Position numbers and translations under genes: made by a program. DNA of 64,000 nucleotides from Octopus vulgaris (lineage: Eukaryota), in the NCBI GenBank assembly GCA_951406725.2, contig OX597817.1, forward strand, positions 60,760,001 to 60,824,000. The letters are read 5' to 3'. A model generated the notes under the pieces. That model did no database searches. It was not told where the DNA came from and saw nothing but the letters and a program-made list of their open reading frames with translations. Shown piece by piece: positions 38,283 through 52,679 of this stretch (its first letter is position 1; each line of letters opens with the position of its first letter).

Positions 38283-39573
38283 CGAGGGACGTTCAATAAG
38301 TAATGCCTCTGACCCACTTGCAGTTGTTTGATCTAGCTGAAATTTCGCATGTGCAATTATTTATATCTCTATAGAGTAAGTGGCAAATTACAGCTCTGAA
38401 TTAATTGTGGTTTCTGATTTACAGGTGTTTGAACCGAGTCAAGTGTGAAATGGAGCCTGTTGAGTGTCGAGCAGTGATCCGGTTTTTGTATTTGAAAGGA
38501 CGCACACCACGGGAGACTTTTGATGAAATGAAAGTAACTTATGGTGATGATGCCCCATCATATGACCTTGTAAAACGCTGGCATCGTGAATTCAAACATG
38601 GTCGGAACTCTGTGGAAACAGCTCCCAGATCTGGTCGCTCCCTTCTGCCATTGATGAGGCATCTGTCCGTCAAGTTGAGGCTGCCATTTTGGAAGATCGA
38701 CGCATAATTATTCGCCAAATAGCCCATGAGGTCAAGATTAGTACCGGGTCTGTGGAAACTATCATTCATGACCATTTGCATATGCAAAAAGTGTCTGCCA
38801 GATGGATTCCCAGGTTGCTCACGCCTTTCCAGAAGCAAGAACGCGTCGAGTGCTCGAGGGTGAATTTGGAGATGTGCCAAGAAGATGAGTCAAAATTTTT
38901 CAAAAGACTGATTACACAGGATGAAACCTGGGTCCATCACGATGATCCAGAGACCAAAGCCCTGTCAATGCAGTGGAAGCACCGTGACTCACCCCCTCCA
39001 AAGAAGGCAAGGGTGCAGCCCTCCGCTGGCAAGTTCATGCTCACAGTCTTCTGGGACCAGGACGAAGTAGTGATGACAGATTTCCTGGCAAAGGGTACCA
39101 CAATTGCAGGAGCCTATTATGCTTCACTTTTGAGGAAATTAAGAGAAGTTATCAAAATCAAGAGGCGGGGCAAGATCAGCAAAGGCATCCTCCTCCTGCA
39201 GGACAACGCTCCGGTCCACAACTCGCTTGTCGCCAGATCAGAAGCACAGGCATATGGCTATGAACTCCTCCCCATCCCCCCTACTTTCCTGACCTTGCAC
39301 CCTCTGATTTTCACCTCTTCCCAATCATGAAGCTGTTTTTGAAAGGAAAGCGTTTCCCAGATGATGCAGCCTTGATTTCTGAAGTCACGTTGAGGTTGGA
39401 GGACCAAGCTGGGTTCTTCTACAAAAACGGTCTCCAGAGCCGCATCAAACGATGGGAGAAATGCGTAACTCTGGGTGGTTCCTGTGTAGAAAAAGACTAA
39501 TAACTGTGCCAAGTTTCGTTGCTCTACTGCTATGGGAAGTGGGTCAGGGGCATTACTTATTGAACGCCCCTCG
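38283..39573 (+). mobile_element. Full-length (~1.29 kb) mariner transposon with TIRs and TA TSDs
   Basis: TA-cgagggacgttcaataagtaatgcctctgacccactt ... aagtgggtcaggggcattacttattgaacgcccctcg-TA. Confidence 0.95.
38450..39500 (+). pseudogene. Mariner DD34D-type transposase, frameshifted twice
   Basis: MEPVECRAVIRFLYLKG, WIPRLL, ITQDETW, LLQDNAPVH, PDLAPSDFHLF, RWEKCV...VEKD*; frame changes near 38640 and 39272. Confidence 0.9.
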
Positions 39574-39591
39574 TATATATACATAAAGGCG

Positions 39592-39750
39592 TAGGAGTGG
39601 CTGTGTGGTAAGTAGCTTGCTTACCAACCACACGGTTCCGGGTTCAGTCCGACTGCGTGGCACCTTAGGCAAGTGCCTTCTACTATAGCCTCGGGCCGAC
39701 CAAAGCCTTGTGAGTGGAATTGGTAGACGGAAACTGAAAGAAGCCCGTCG

Positions 39751-39831
<81 letters not shown>

Positions 39832-40018
39832 GTGTTTGTCCCCCCAGCATCGCCTCACGACCGATGCTGATGTGTTTACGTCCCCGAAACTCAGCATTTC
39901 GGTAAAAGAGACCGATAGAATAAGTACTAGGCTAACAAAGAATAAGTTCTGGGGTCAATTTGTTCGACTAAAGGCAGTGCTCCAGCACGGGCACAGTCAA
40001 ATGACTGAAACAAATAAG
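39592..40018 (+). mobile_element. Full-length SINE family A with internal (TA)n(TG)n
   Basis: Same head, microsatellite and tail layout as 24793-25205. Confidence 0.92.
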
Positions 40019-40049
40019 ACGATATATATATCCTTTTCCAAGTAATTTG

Positions 40050-40082
<33 letters not shown>

Positions 40083-40224
40083 GTGTGTGTGTCAATGCCA
40101 ATAGGAAACGGTGTTACCTAGGGCTAAATAGCAGTACCATTCTCCCCTTTTATTGGACTGTCCCATTCAGTTGACAACATACCATCACTTTATGTTCGCG
40201 AATATTCGAAAATAAAGAATACCA

Positions 40225-40575
40225 GAAGCATAAAGGATTTTGAAATGTGGACATATAGAAGAATGTTGAGAATGTCTTAGAGAAAATATAAAACTAAAGA
40301 AGTGCCACAACTAGGAAATACCGAAAGATCATTTCTGTGAATTATTAAAAAGAAAGGAAAGACAGCTAAAGTCCTTTCGTCACATAGCAAGGCGATTAGT
40401 AGAAGGAAAGAAGAATGGCAAACGCTGGAGAGGAAAACCTAGAACAAACTGGTTTGATAACTTCACAGACTGCACAAAACTGTCATGTGGTGAATGTGTA
40501 AGAATGCTGGAGAAAATAGCCGAATGGAGATCCTTGATATTGAACTTGCAGAGAGCAGAGAACACTAATGACAAT
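40225..40575 (+). mobile_element. Decayed RTE (BovB-like) LINE 3' fragment
   Basis: FEMWTYRRMLRMS ... EGKKNGKRWRGKPRTNWFDN. Confidence 0.7.
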
Positions 40576-41278
40576 GATGAAACAATTTGGGTTAAAGAGA
40601 CTGTTCTCCGGGGGTCGGACTATCACATGAATTTGGTCAAATTCCGTTCTTATATCAGCTGCAAAGCTTGTTAATAAGTACAATTACTTTCTCAGCATAG
40701 AAAATATTTTCAATGTAGATCGTTATGAAATAAATTATGGATTCCATTAGTGTTTCTACTTTCTAACCATTAAACTGTTTGTTTTAAAAGACATGACAAT
40801 GGCTTTAGTGCCAAAATAAACAGAACCGTAGACAGGCTGCTACCCTGAAATAGTCCTTTTGTAATATTTATGTATTCACGCATATATTTGCATACCTATT
40901 TATGGATCAACCAGTTTTCATTCCTACTAACTCTCTATCGATCGGGCATTCTCTCTCTCTCTCCCCCTCTCTGTCTATGTCTTTCTCTCTTCTTATGTGT
41001 GTCTGTGTATGTATCTACACATGTATGTGTGCGTATATATATGTATATAATTTTGACCAAATCAGTCTGTTACTACCATGTGCTACATATGTGAGTACAC
41101 AAAGTCGTAAACTGGTTGAATAAAAATAAATCTGCTCCTACCGGCGCAACTCTTCATAATTTTTCTCATATTTGTCCTTGCTTAGAAGTTAAGAGATTGA
41201 TTCAATGGACAAAACGAAAACTTATTGTAATCTCTACTATGATAGATTACTAAAATACTCTTGTTTCAGACAATAAAC

Positions 41279-41342
<64 letters not shown>

Positions 41343-42499
41343 CTCTTATTATGCTATTCTTTAATTTGTTTCAACAAAAATTTTGCAATAGTACAACGTT
41401 AGCTGTGCACTGACACAACATTTGTAACTTCATTTCGCCATTACTTACTGACATTAGTAATAAAAAAATGTCTACTAAAAAAGACCGTCAATAAACCAAC
41501 CCCAAACAAACGCACGACCTGCAATGCTTTTCCTATATGAACAGTGGTGTTCCACTTGACCTGCAGCCCTTTCAGTGTCATCGCAGTCAACTGGATTCCG
41601 TAAAGCTATTCTTCTATATGATATACCCATTTTTCTAGCTTCTCGGCCCGAGAAACAGTAAAAGTAGTTCCCCGATCAACGACGGGCATTACTGCTAGTA
41701 TCTAATGAGTAAAGGTAAGATCCAAAGATCAAGGTGTAGGAAGACAGCAAGCTCCGAGCAGACCGTAGAAGGAATGGAAAACAACGTTCAGGAACAATAA
41801 TGGTTTATTGACGTGGAAGGTTGTCAATTTTCCCCGTATCGTAGTTCGATGATCTGAAAAAAATTGTTTTATAGCTCACGGTTGACAACAGGGGTTGCTG
41901 TGTATGCGAGCAGAAATCCAAAATTAAGGAATGGAGTAAATAAAATCCTCGCTGAATATGATTCCTTCTGCTAGCAGAACCTCAGAAGTAGTAATTTTCC
42001 TTACAAAGGGTAATCCACTTAGCTAGTCGTCGGGCCGAGGATGCCTTAATTATTTGAAGTTTACATTGTCGTCAAGGGATCTCATGCTGACTCATCACAG
42101 AAGATTTCTCAATCGAATCTGCTGTGAGTCCACATGGGATCCTTTGACGACGACGTTATTCCTCTTTTGGATAATTACTATTTCCCAAGTCCTGCATTTT
42201 ATCTACTCCACTCCCTAAATTTCGATTTATATACATATACACACATGTATGTATGTATGTATGTATGTATGTATGTATGTATGTATGTATGTATGTATGT
42301 ATGTATGTATGTTTGTTTGTTGACAAAAGCTGAGTGGCTTTCATTTATTAAATAAAAATGGAAAAAAATACATATTAAGTATGGGACATCATCAACGAGC
42401 GAAAAATACGTAAAGACGGAGCGAGAGACAAGTACGGGACAGAGTACAGAGAGGTGTGTAACTCCTCCTCAGTTGTCGACTGTTTATTACTACGTGCAC

Positions 42500-42720
42500 A
42501 AAACATGGATGTTTGTGTAGACATAAGCTTACTCTCTGCATCAGATCGACATTACCTGTACAGGTGTAACGAGGTATCACATGTCAGATGACGAAATGAA
42601 CGCAGACGCAACGTGAAATGAAGTGCTTTGCTCAAGAACACAATACAACGCTCGGTCTGGGAATCGAACCCACGACCTCGCAATCGTGAGTGCAACGCCT
42701 TAACCACTGAACCATGCGCT
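42500..42720 (-). mobile_element. tRNA-derived SINE (family D-like head)
   Basis: gcaacgtgaaatgaagtgctttgctcaagaacac...ggaatcgaacccacgacc...aaccactgaaccatgcgc matches 29835-29950. Confidence 0.75.
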
Positions 42721-42802
42721 TTCATGTGTGTGTATATATATATATATATAAATATATATACGTGAGGTCTCTTTCATTCTTTTGTTGTCTTACCATTTTT
42801 AT

Positions 42803-42860
<58 letters not shown>

Positions 42861-42894
42861 ATGCATACACACACACACACACACATATATATAT

Positions 42895-43080
42895 TATTTC
42901 TTTTACCTGTTTCAGTCCTTTGCTGGAGCACCGCCTTTCGTAAAATCAACCCCAGGACTTGTAAGCCTAGTAATTATTCTATCGGTGTCTTTCGCCGAAC
43001 CGCTCTGTTACGGGGACGTAAACACACCAGCATCGGCTGTCAAGCGCTGGTGGAGGGACAAACACAGACACACAAATACA
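42895..43080 (-). mobile_element. SINE family A 3' half
   Basis: tgtttcagtc...gctggagcaccgcc...cggggacgtaaacacaccagcatcggctgtcaagcg. Confidence 0.8.
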
Positions 43081-43786
43081 CACACACACACATACACACA
43101 TACACACACACATCTAGAAGCGACAGAATAATATTGTACAAACGTTTCGTTGCCTCTCCTCTTGCCAGGCCATATTGCCTGCTGCCATTGAGTGTATTGG
43201 GTGGAAATTGTTTGACGTTTCCTTTGTCTTCACTTCCGAAGTGTATCGCCATTCATGCCGGAACCTGAAAACCATATCTTAACTCAGTGAAAGGAGGCCG
43301 GGATTTGAACCTAACATATATGAAGCCGGAACAAATACAACAAAATACCCACGTCCACCGCTCAAATAACTGAATTAATTCACGGCCCAAGAACGGAACT
43401 TTATTTATCGATCCCAAACCGCTGCTGGTTTGAACTCAGAGCCTACAGAGTTGGAACAAATATTGAAAGTATTTTGGCCGCGTGTGTGCGTGCGCGCTCA
43501 CGTGTGTATGTACGCTTTTGTTTCTTTGCTTGTGCGTGTGTGTGTGTGTGCGCGCCTGTGTCTATGTGTGTACGCGCAAACACATGCGCGCGCGTGTCTC
43601 TCTCACTCTCCTTCCTCTTCTCTCTCCATATTTTCGCTTTCTGGAACTATACATACATACATATACACACACACACACACATATATATATATACATATTC
43701 ATTTGCAAACATACATACATATATGTATACGTGTATATATATTTATATATGTATGTATGAGTGTGCATGTGTTTATGGATATATAA

Positions 43787-43841
<55 letters not shown>

Positions 43842-44309
43842 CGTGCTTGTGTATGTGTTAATGCGTGTGTATCGTCCTCCCCACACCTTTGCAAATACCG
43901 CATCTTCATCTTCATACCAAGCAGAATATAATGTACGAAAGGGCGACAGGATAAATGGATTGAGAGAAGAAGCGAAAAGAAACTAGAAAAACTTGGAAAT
44001 TTATACGGAAAGAGAAACGAAGTGTAAGTGATTTGATAGGCTAGAAGCGAAAGAAACGGAGGGAAATAAGAAAATAAAGGAGACGACGAGGAGAATGAGA
44101 CGAAGAAAGGAATCAGAGAACATCGTGAAACTCGTACGACGACATCCATATGTGTGTGTGTGTGTATTTAATTATATTATACATATATGTTTGTATGCGC
44201 AAACATTTATGAACACTCATACACAGAAAACAAATCATATGAGCACACAAACACATACACGGGCATATATTTGTATATCCGTGAGTGTGTGTACAAATTA
44301 ATATATATT

Positions 44310-44425
<116 letters not shown>

Positions 44426-44449
44426 TATATATATAGATATATATACATA

Positions 44450-44503
<54 letters not shown>

Positions 44504-45275
44504 TGTGTGTGTGTGTGTAGTAAATTGTGTAATTACGAACAGGGTAAGAGCACGCAATATACGAGAAAGAGTGCATTATTTATTGTATTATAATAGTTGT
44601 AGTTACTTTATTGCTTTACGAGTTTATGATTCATGTCTCGAGATAAATCTCTGCTCACATTAATCATAAGCTCATGAAATTTTCCGTGTGTTACTATGTT
44701 ACGCAATATTAACTTTTGCTAGCATCTGTTCGCAGAGAATATAGTGTAAGTATTCCTAACTTTTGGATTCTATGAAGTTGGTTAACTTCTTTAGGTCAGA
44801 TATTTACATTTTCAATGATGAAGTTTTATAAAGTTACAAAATTCCAATACTATTCACCTCAATGCAGCAAATTTGCTTCACCTGGTGGCCATGTTTCTTT
44901 AGGTGCTAAAAGGAAATACCCTGAAATGTTTGCATTTCTTGAAAATCTCGGCTCTAAAGTTTAAATAGTCATGATATTTATAATGGTATTTGTAAATTAT
45001 TTACATTATTTACACTATTTACATTTGAAGATATTTGTCCTCACCTTGTTTGTTGATATAGTTGATCATGTATAGGAAAATGGAGACCACCTCCCCCTGT
45101 GGGATGAAGTTAAAATAATAGACAGAGAACACCGCTGGAAAATACGAAAACTAAAAGGAGCACTACATATGCTAGGACACAAAAACCTCCTAAGCAGACC
45201 GAGTGCAGATATGAGCAGCATATGGGAACTAGTATTCCGAGTTCGATTCCAGGCAGTGACCTGGATAATAATAAA

Positions 45276-45327
<52 letters not shown>

Positions 45328-45330
<3 letters not shown>

Positions 45331-45492
45331 TACAGAAAATTGCACTACTAGGCACTGCACACATCCTACGCAGAACACTTTCCATACAATAACCATCAGA
45401 GCATCACAGCAAATCACAGCACATACCCAAGGCATACAGAGCTGCGCTCGGTAGTGAAGTGAAAGCACGCTATAGAAATAAAAATAAAACTA

Positions 45493-45497
<5 letters not shown>
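45328..45497 (+). mobile_element. Dong/R4-like extreme 3' end within (AAT)n
   Basis: IQKIALLGTAHILRRTLSIQ* plus 3' UTR; second copy at 46483-46657; (AAT)n on both sides. Confidence 0.8.
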
Positions 45498-45570
<73 letters not shown>

Positions 45571-46385
45571 TATCTGCCAAGAAAAGAGGGAGGGCGTGAA
45601 CTTTTACAACTGGCAATAACAATGAAGATTGCTACAATTGGCCTAGACACCTACCTGAAAAACTCTGAGGACTGGATGTTAAAACTTGTCTCAAAACATG
45701 ACAACAAAAAAGCATCATACTCAGTAACAAAACAGGCAAAGGAATATCTAAGTGAATTCCGAATACAACAAATTTCGGAATTAGACATACAAGAAACAAG
45801 CACAGAAAAAGCTAAGCGCATGAAAACCCGTGCAAAAACTGAATGATATTCTGAATGATAAATGGCAAGAAAAACCTCTCTATGGCAAATATCCAAAGAG
45901 AGCGAATAATGCAGATGTTGACAAAGCCCTGACCCATCAATGGCTAATGGCCTCTGGCTTAAAATCTGAAACAGAAGGGTTTATCATAGCAGCTCAAGAT
46001 CAATGTCTACCAACAAGGAACTACCAGGCCAACATATTAAAGAACGGCTGTAGCCCAACATGTTATGTATGTCAACAACAAAATGAAACCATTGATCATG
46101 TTGTCTCCAAGTGCAGTCTTCTAGCGCCTACAGAGTATCTCAACAGGCATGATAGTGCTGCACAATATATTCACTGGGTAATCTGCAAAAACCTGGATTT
46201 GCTCCATGAAAAAAACTGGTGGGAACGCAAACCACCTCCAGTGCTTGAAAATGACCACATCTCACAAAATATATGGCACACTAGGCATAACAACAATACG
46301 AACTTCCTACCTGCTGTCTCTTGAGGTCTCTGGGTGAGACTTGGAGCCAGCTTGTACAAATATAAAGCAAAAGTCAAACATAGAA
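45571..46385 (+). mobile_element. Dong/R4-like fragment (post-RT, CCHC finger, RHD) within (AAT)n
   Basis: YLPRKEGGR...WQEKPLYGKY...LKSETEGFIIAAQDQ...CYVCQQQNETIDHVVSKC...YLNRHD; frameshift and internal deletion. Confidence 0.85.
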
Positions 46386-46408
46386 TAATAATAATAATAA
46401 TAATAATG

Positions 46409-46482
<74 letters not shown>

Positions 46483-46485
<3 letters not shown>

Positions 46486-46652
46486 CACATATAACATACA
46501 GAAAATTGCACTACTAGGCACTGCACACATCCTACGCAGAACACTTTCCATACAATAACCATCAGAGCATCACAACAAATCACAGCACATACCCAAGGCA
46601 CACAGAGCTGTGCTCGGTAGTGAAGTGAAAGCACGCTATAACAATAAAACTA

Positions 46653-46657
<5 letters not shown>
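46483..46657 (+). mobile_element. Dong/R4-like extreme 3' end, second copy
   Basis: Near-identical to 45328-45497. Confidence 0.8.
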
Positions 46658-46720
<63 letters not shown>

Positions 46721-46722
<2 letters not shown>

Positions 46723-47835
46723 TGCAGTACCAGGCAGAGGCTCTCATGGCTTCTGATCTTAACTGATTGGAAGTGTTATCATGTACATTGTTTTGTCTTG
46801 GTATAAAAGATGGGCTACAGCAAATATTCTGCTCAATACCACAGATTTGCTTGTCAGTTGTTTGACTTTAACCAGTTGAGCATGTCCCTTAGTGGCTGAC
46901 GATATGTGCATCTCTGATCACGAGCAGAAGTAGTGGGGGAGCATCATAGCCATGTGTTGAGAGGGATTCTTTGGGGTTTGAATAATTCACCTCTGGAAAC
47001 ATGGGTGGTTCTTTCAACATTCTTAAACAACCCTTATTCAGGGACCTTTTGAGCGGGATGGGCTACTCAACCTGAAGAAAATTCTAACTGGGCCCCACCT
47101 GCAAGGTCATGTGCTGTTTATCTTGATATGAGATCACCATGTCGCGCACATATGGTTGTGATGCATGTGCCTGGTGTACCTTTATCAGACGGGTAATCAT
47201 GATGGGTATATTGGGCTTCGTATATTTTACCCCAGTGTCACTTTGATGGCATGCGCTGCTCTCTCACTCAATAATAATAATAATAATAATATGATGCAGT
47301 ACCAGGCAGTGGCTCTCATGGCTTCTGATCTTAACTGAATGGAAGTCTTATCATGTACATTGTTTTGTCTTAGGTATAAAGATGGGCTACAGTAAATATT
47401 CTGCTCAATACCACAGATTTGCTTGTCAGTTGTTTGACTTTAACCAGTTGAGCCTTATTGGCTGACGATATGTGCATCTCTGATCATGAGCAGAAGTAGT
47501 GGGAGAGCATCATAGCCATGTGTTGAGAAGGATTCTTTGGGGTTTGAATAATTCACCTCTGGAAACATGGGTGTTTCATTCAACGTCCTTAAACAACCCT
47601 TATTCAGGGACCTTTTGAGCGGGATGGGTTACTCGATCTGAAGAAAATTCTAACTGGGCCCCACCTGCAAGGTCATGTGCTGTTTATCTTGATATGAGAT
47701 CACCATGTCGCGCACATATGGTTGTGATGCATGTGCCTGGTGTACCCTTATCAGACGGGTAGTCATGATGGGTATACTGGGCTTCGTATATTTTACCCCA
47801 GTGTCACTTTGATGGCATGCTCTGCTCGCTCACTC
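46721..47835 (+). mobile_element. Two tandem ~545-bp non-coding repeats separated and flanked by (AAT)n
   Basis: 46721-47269 resembles 47294-47835 (tgcagtaccaggcag...ctcactc), with substitutions and small indels. Confidence 0.85.
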
Positions 47836-47885
<50 letters not shown>

Positions 47886-47921
47886 CAACAACAATAATAA
47901 TAATAACAGCAATAACAACAA

Positions 47922-48066
47922 CAACATCGAAAAATACCTTAGGAATGAGAATCCAGGTTCGAAATTTCCCCAAGACACCTGATGAAGGCCGGAGGGTATA
48001 TCAGCCGAAACGTTGTGTTAACAACAAACAAGGCAAAGACAAATATTCGTCAAATGTAAATAATGT
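47922..48066 (+). mobile_element. Repeat family H3 with minimal hammerhead at 47974-48019
   Basis: gacac CTGATGA a ggccg[10 nt]cagcc GAAAC GTT gtgtt. Confidence 0.8.
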
Positions 48067-48287
48067 TTGTTTGTATTTTAATAATTTATATATGCGAGTG
48101 TCTGCGTTTACACATAACCACATACATGCACTCACACACACGCATACGCATACAAATATATGCACACCAGAAGATGGGGGAAACGCACAATAACATTGAA
48201 ACAACTGTTGTAATCTTTTTAGAATTAAAAGCGGAAACAAGTGTAAACTTTCCTTTAGATATATTAAATATTATCTTGCCTTATATG

Positions 48288-48556
48288 TGGAGGCACATGG
48301 CCTAGTGATTAGAGCAGCGGTCTCATGGCCGAGGGATCGTGATTTCGAATCTCAGACAGGGCGATGTGTGTGTTTAGGAGCGAAACACCTAGGCTCCACG
48401 CGGCTCCGGCAATAGGTAATGGTGAACTTCTGCTGACTCTTTCGCCACATTTTACATCTCAACTGGGACGGACCGGCGTTCCGTCCAGGCGGGGAACCTA
48501 TACGCCAAGGAAACCGGCCCTTATGAGCTAGGCATGGCTCGAGAAGGAACAAACAA
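48288..48556 (+). mobile_element. tRNA-derived SINE, family C head with family D-like tail
   Basis: 5' part matches 13587-13715; 3' part (ggcgttccgtcca...tacgcca..gaaaccgg...atgagc) matches the tail of 29692-29952. Confidence 0.8.
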
Positions 48557-48619
48557 TATATTTGAAAAGTATATCGATATAATTTTTTGGGGTGCACCTG
48601 AGCACTGTGTACAATAATT

Positions 48620-48701
<82 letters not shown>

Positions 48702-48980
48702 GTGCGTGTGTGTGTGTGTGTGTGTGCGTGAGTGTGGAAACAGGCTCAGATACACACGTAGCTACATGCACACCAACGCGCACATATGTGCATACGTATT
48801 TTTATATTTTTCAGTTTCTTCCACGAGTTGCAAGTATGTTAGGAGACAGTCTTGAAAATAACGCTATATTTAATAACTCCCCAGTGGGAAGCGTACTTCA
48901 CATATTCCGTTAATGAGATAGAGTGGGTCGCATCACTTTACAAGCAGCACACAGCATAGATATATATACCTGTATATTCA

Positions 48981-49128
<148 letters not shown>

Positions 49129-49584
49129 ATATATATGTATACATGTAGATATATATATGTATGTATGTATACATGTATGTATATATAAGTATACTATTTA
49201 ATAAGTATATATATATATACATATGTATATATACATATATATTTATATATACATATGTATACATGTAGATATATATATGTGTGTATGTATACATGTATGT
49301 ATATATAAGTATACTATTTAATAAGTATATATATATACATATGTATATAAATATGTATATATATACACACACATATATATATGTTTGTATATATATATAT
49401 GTATATATATGTACATATATATACATATGTATATATATGTATACATATATGTATATATTTACATACCTGTATGCATGTGTTTATATTTGTCTGTATGGTG
49501 GTGCACAGCTGTGTGCGTGTGTTCTTTATGTGCTTTTGCTGTATTATGTAATAATAATAATAATAATAATAATAATGATGATAA

Positions 49585-49635
<51 letters not shown>

Positions 49636-49648
49636 TAATAATAATAAC

Positions 49649-49710
<62 letters not shown>

Positions 49711-50044
49711 TAATAATAATAATAAAAATAATAATAATATTTCTGTCTATAGTACCATATGGTAAATTATACAGATCATTATTATTAACGCCGTCTCCTA
49801 AAAGTAGACAGGAGTTTCGGATTCGCATTTGCTACAAAAACCTGCTAAATAACATCTGTTTGTTCTTTTCCTTCGTGTTTCTCTTTAAATGACTTTGGAA
49901 ATTTTTAGAGGCAAAATATACGACATTTTGTTTCCAAAACACTGACAGCAACTATATATTGACTTTATGCCCAATTATGGAAAGGATGGTGCCAGTAAGT
50001 GCTGCCAACTGTCACAGTCGTACCATTTTTATAAAAGTGAGCAT

Positions 50045-50398
50045 ACAAGGCTGTGTGGTTATGGAATTTGTTTTTCTTGCTCCCAGTTAATGCGAGTTCA
50101 GTCCCAGATTGCGGAACCATGACCATGTGTCTTCTACGATAGCCCGGTCTGGCCTTGTATGTTTGTGTGTGCGTGTATGTCTGTGTATGCGTATGTGTTT
50201 ATGATTGCGTTTGTCTTTTACTTGTTTTAACCATTAAATTACGGCCATGTTGGAGCACCGCTTTGAAGAACGAATCGACCTCATTTTTTTAGGCCTGCTA
50301 CTTATTCTAAAGCCTAGTACTTATTCCATCGGTCTCTTTTGCCGAGGTGCTAAGTTCGGAGATATAAACACACCAACACCGGTTGTCTAGTGATGGTT
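50045..50398. mobile_element. Degenerate SINE A head (+) and SINE A tail (-)
   Basis: ggctgtgtggtt...tgtcttctacgatagcc; then cggccatgttggagcaccgc...tcggtctcttttgccga. Confidence 0.65.
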
Positions 50399-50575
50399 AT
50401 ACACACGCACACACATGTATACATACATACATGCATACATACATACAGATATGCACATATATAAGTATACATATATAAATATATTTATATGTATAAATAT
50501 ATATATATATATATATATATGAACATACATATAAATATATTTATGTATGTATATGTATCTATATATATATGTATG

Positions 50576-50609
<34 letters not shown>

Positions 50610-50671
50610 TGTATGTATGTATATATATATATATATATATAAATATGTGTGAGTGTGTGTGTGTATCTATG

Positions 50672-50723
<52 letters not shown>

Positions 50724-52124
50724 TGCTATATTCTGCTAAGAACGTAGTGTAGCACAGTATGAAGTTCGTCCATCTTCACATTATTATCCGGTAGTAGTAG
50801 TAGTAGTGTTATACGTACTTCCAAGTTTGCGTTTGGGCTTCTGTCGTGTGTGAATATATAATTGAAAAATTGGAGTATGTACGTATGGATGGATGGAAAC
50901 AGCGGACTTACATTGCGGTGGAATCGTTTCAACCTACTAAAATGGTTACATTTGGTTTTCTTATATCATCTTTTATCTCTACGACGAATCAGCGAAAAGA
51001 TTCGTCACACTTCTATAACTTGGTCAATGACACAGTTCTACTATTCTCTTTGAAATTATTTCCTGGAGAAATTTTACAAGGCTCGGAGAGCAGTTCGTTC
51101 TTTTAATTAATAATTTACGGTTATTTTCCTAATTAGATTTTTGTTATGTTTAAACATGAGAGTTGCAGGTGTCACTTTGATATGATTTGGTTCCTTTATA
51201 CTTGCCATTTTCTTTTTTTTCTTTTTTGTGTGTGAGTAAATGATTTTATTTTAAAATATTATACGTAGTTGTTACCTGCGAGGTAGTTAAGACCACTTGA
51301 AAGCCAGGCGAAGGCGAAAATAAAACAAAAAAATAAAGGTAGGAGAAACAGTAGCATCAACAATTCTTTTAAAATACAACGATAAGAAGATCAAGCTTAA
51401 TCTGGTTTTACAGAGTATTACATGAGGGAAACTGTTAGGTTTTCAATCTGTGCAAAGGTTTGACAGGAAACAATAATGTGGATTCCCGATGAAAAATCCC
51501 AAAATTTTAACTCTTTTATATGCAAAAGAACTGTCTTGAGTATAAAATTGAAAAGAAAAATTACAAATATAAATGTAGAATCTTTAAACTAAAAAAGAGA
51601 CGGATAGACCTGGATTAGAGGGGTATGCCATTAATGTAGTCGAATATGCCGACGAAAGGACTTTCACTAGACCTTCTGATTGATTGATTGATTGACTGGA
51701 CCAAAAAATAATCAAACAATCGATTAGTTAACTGGTAAAATGGTTAACGCATTGACTAATACAGATAAAAGAAGTGAAATAGAACCTGCTCGTGTGTTTA
51801 TTATTGACATAATGATCCACCCGAGATACATATAATCTGCTTCAATGCAGGATTTTATATCATGAAACTTGCAAACGAAAATGCAAAACATATTAAAAGA
51901 GATAATTTGAGGAATAAAAATTATATTAATTACTACGCAAAACCTAAAGAAGAAAGCAGGTAATTAAGAGAATAAAGGGAAAAAGAAGAACAAGAGAAGG
52001 ATATCCAGGGACGTTTAAAATCTGATCAGTTTTAACTGAATTTTAATAGACAGCAACGGTTTCTGTATATGTGTGTGTTTTTTTTGTGAGTGTGCGTGTG
52101 TATGTGTGTGTATATACTTGTATG

Positions 52125-52169
<45 letters not shown>

Positions 52170-52290
52170 GAGGATTATATTTTGGTTTTAATAACCTTAT
52201 TTTGAAATTGTATGGATAATACCATACTAAATTCTGGTGCCTCAACTTAGGTACCATATTCATCTGAATCTAAATTTATATATATGTATC

Positions 52291-52396
52291 TAAGAATTTT
52301 TTGCGTAATGAGATAAAAAAAACCAAGGCTGTGAAGATATTAGAAAATTTATCTACACAGTCTTAGTTTTTTATCTTATTACGCAAAAAATTCTTA
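52291..52396. repeat. ~105-bp imperfect palindrome
   Basis: taagaattttttgcgtaatgagataaaaaa...ctgtg / cacag...ttttttatcttattacgcaaaaaattctta. Confidence 0.85.
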
Positions 52397-52539
52397 TATG
52401 CACACACTGACATAGAACCAACGTTGAACTCTTTATTCGCAATATTACCGAATCTGGAACTTAACTATGGTCTGTCTATAGCACTTATTCAGCATTACCT
52501 GACATCTTTGGGTCTCAATGACACCAATATCTCTTATAC

Positions 52540-52593
<54 letters not shown>

Positions 52594-52605
52594 TATGTGT
52601 GTGTA

Positions 52606-52679
<74 letters not shown>

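Noticed and set aside
51648-51680. CCGACGA aagg...cctt
   Set aside because: Stem II-like hairpin is not followed by GAAA; likely chance.
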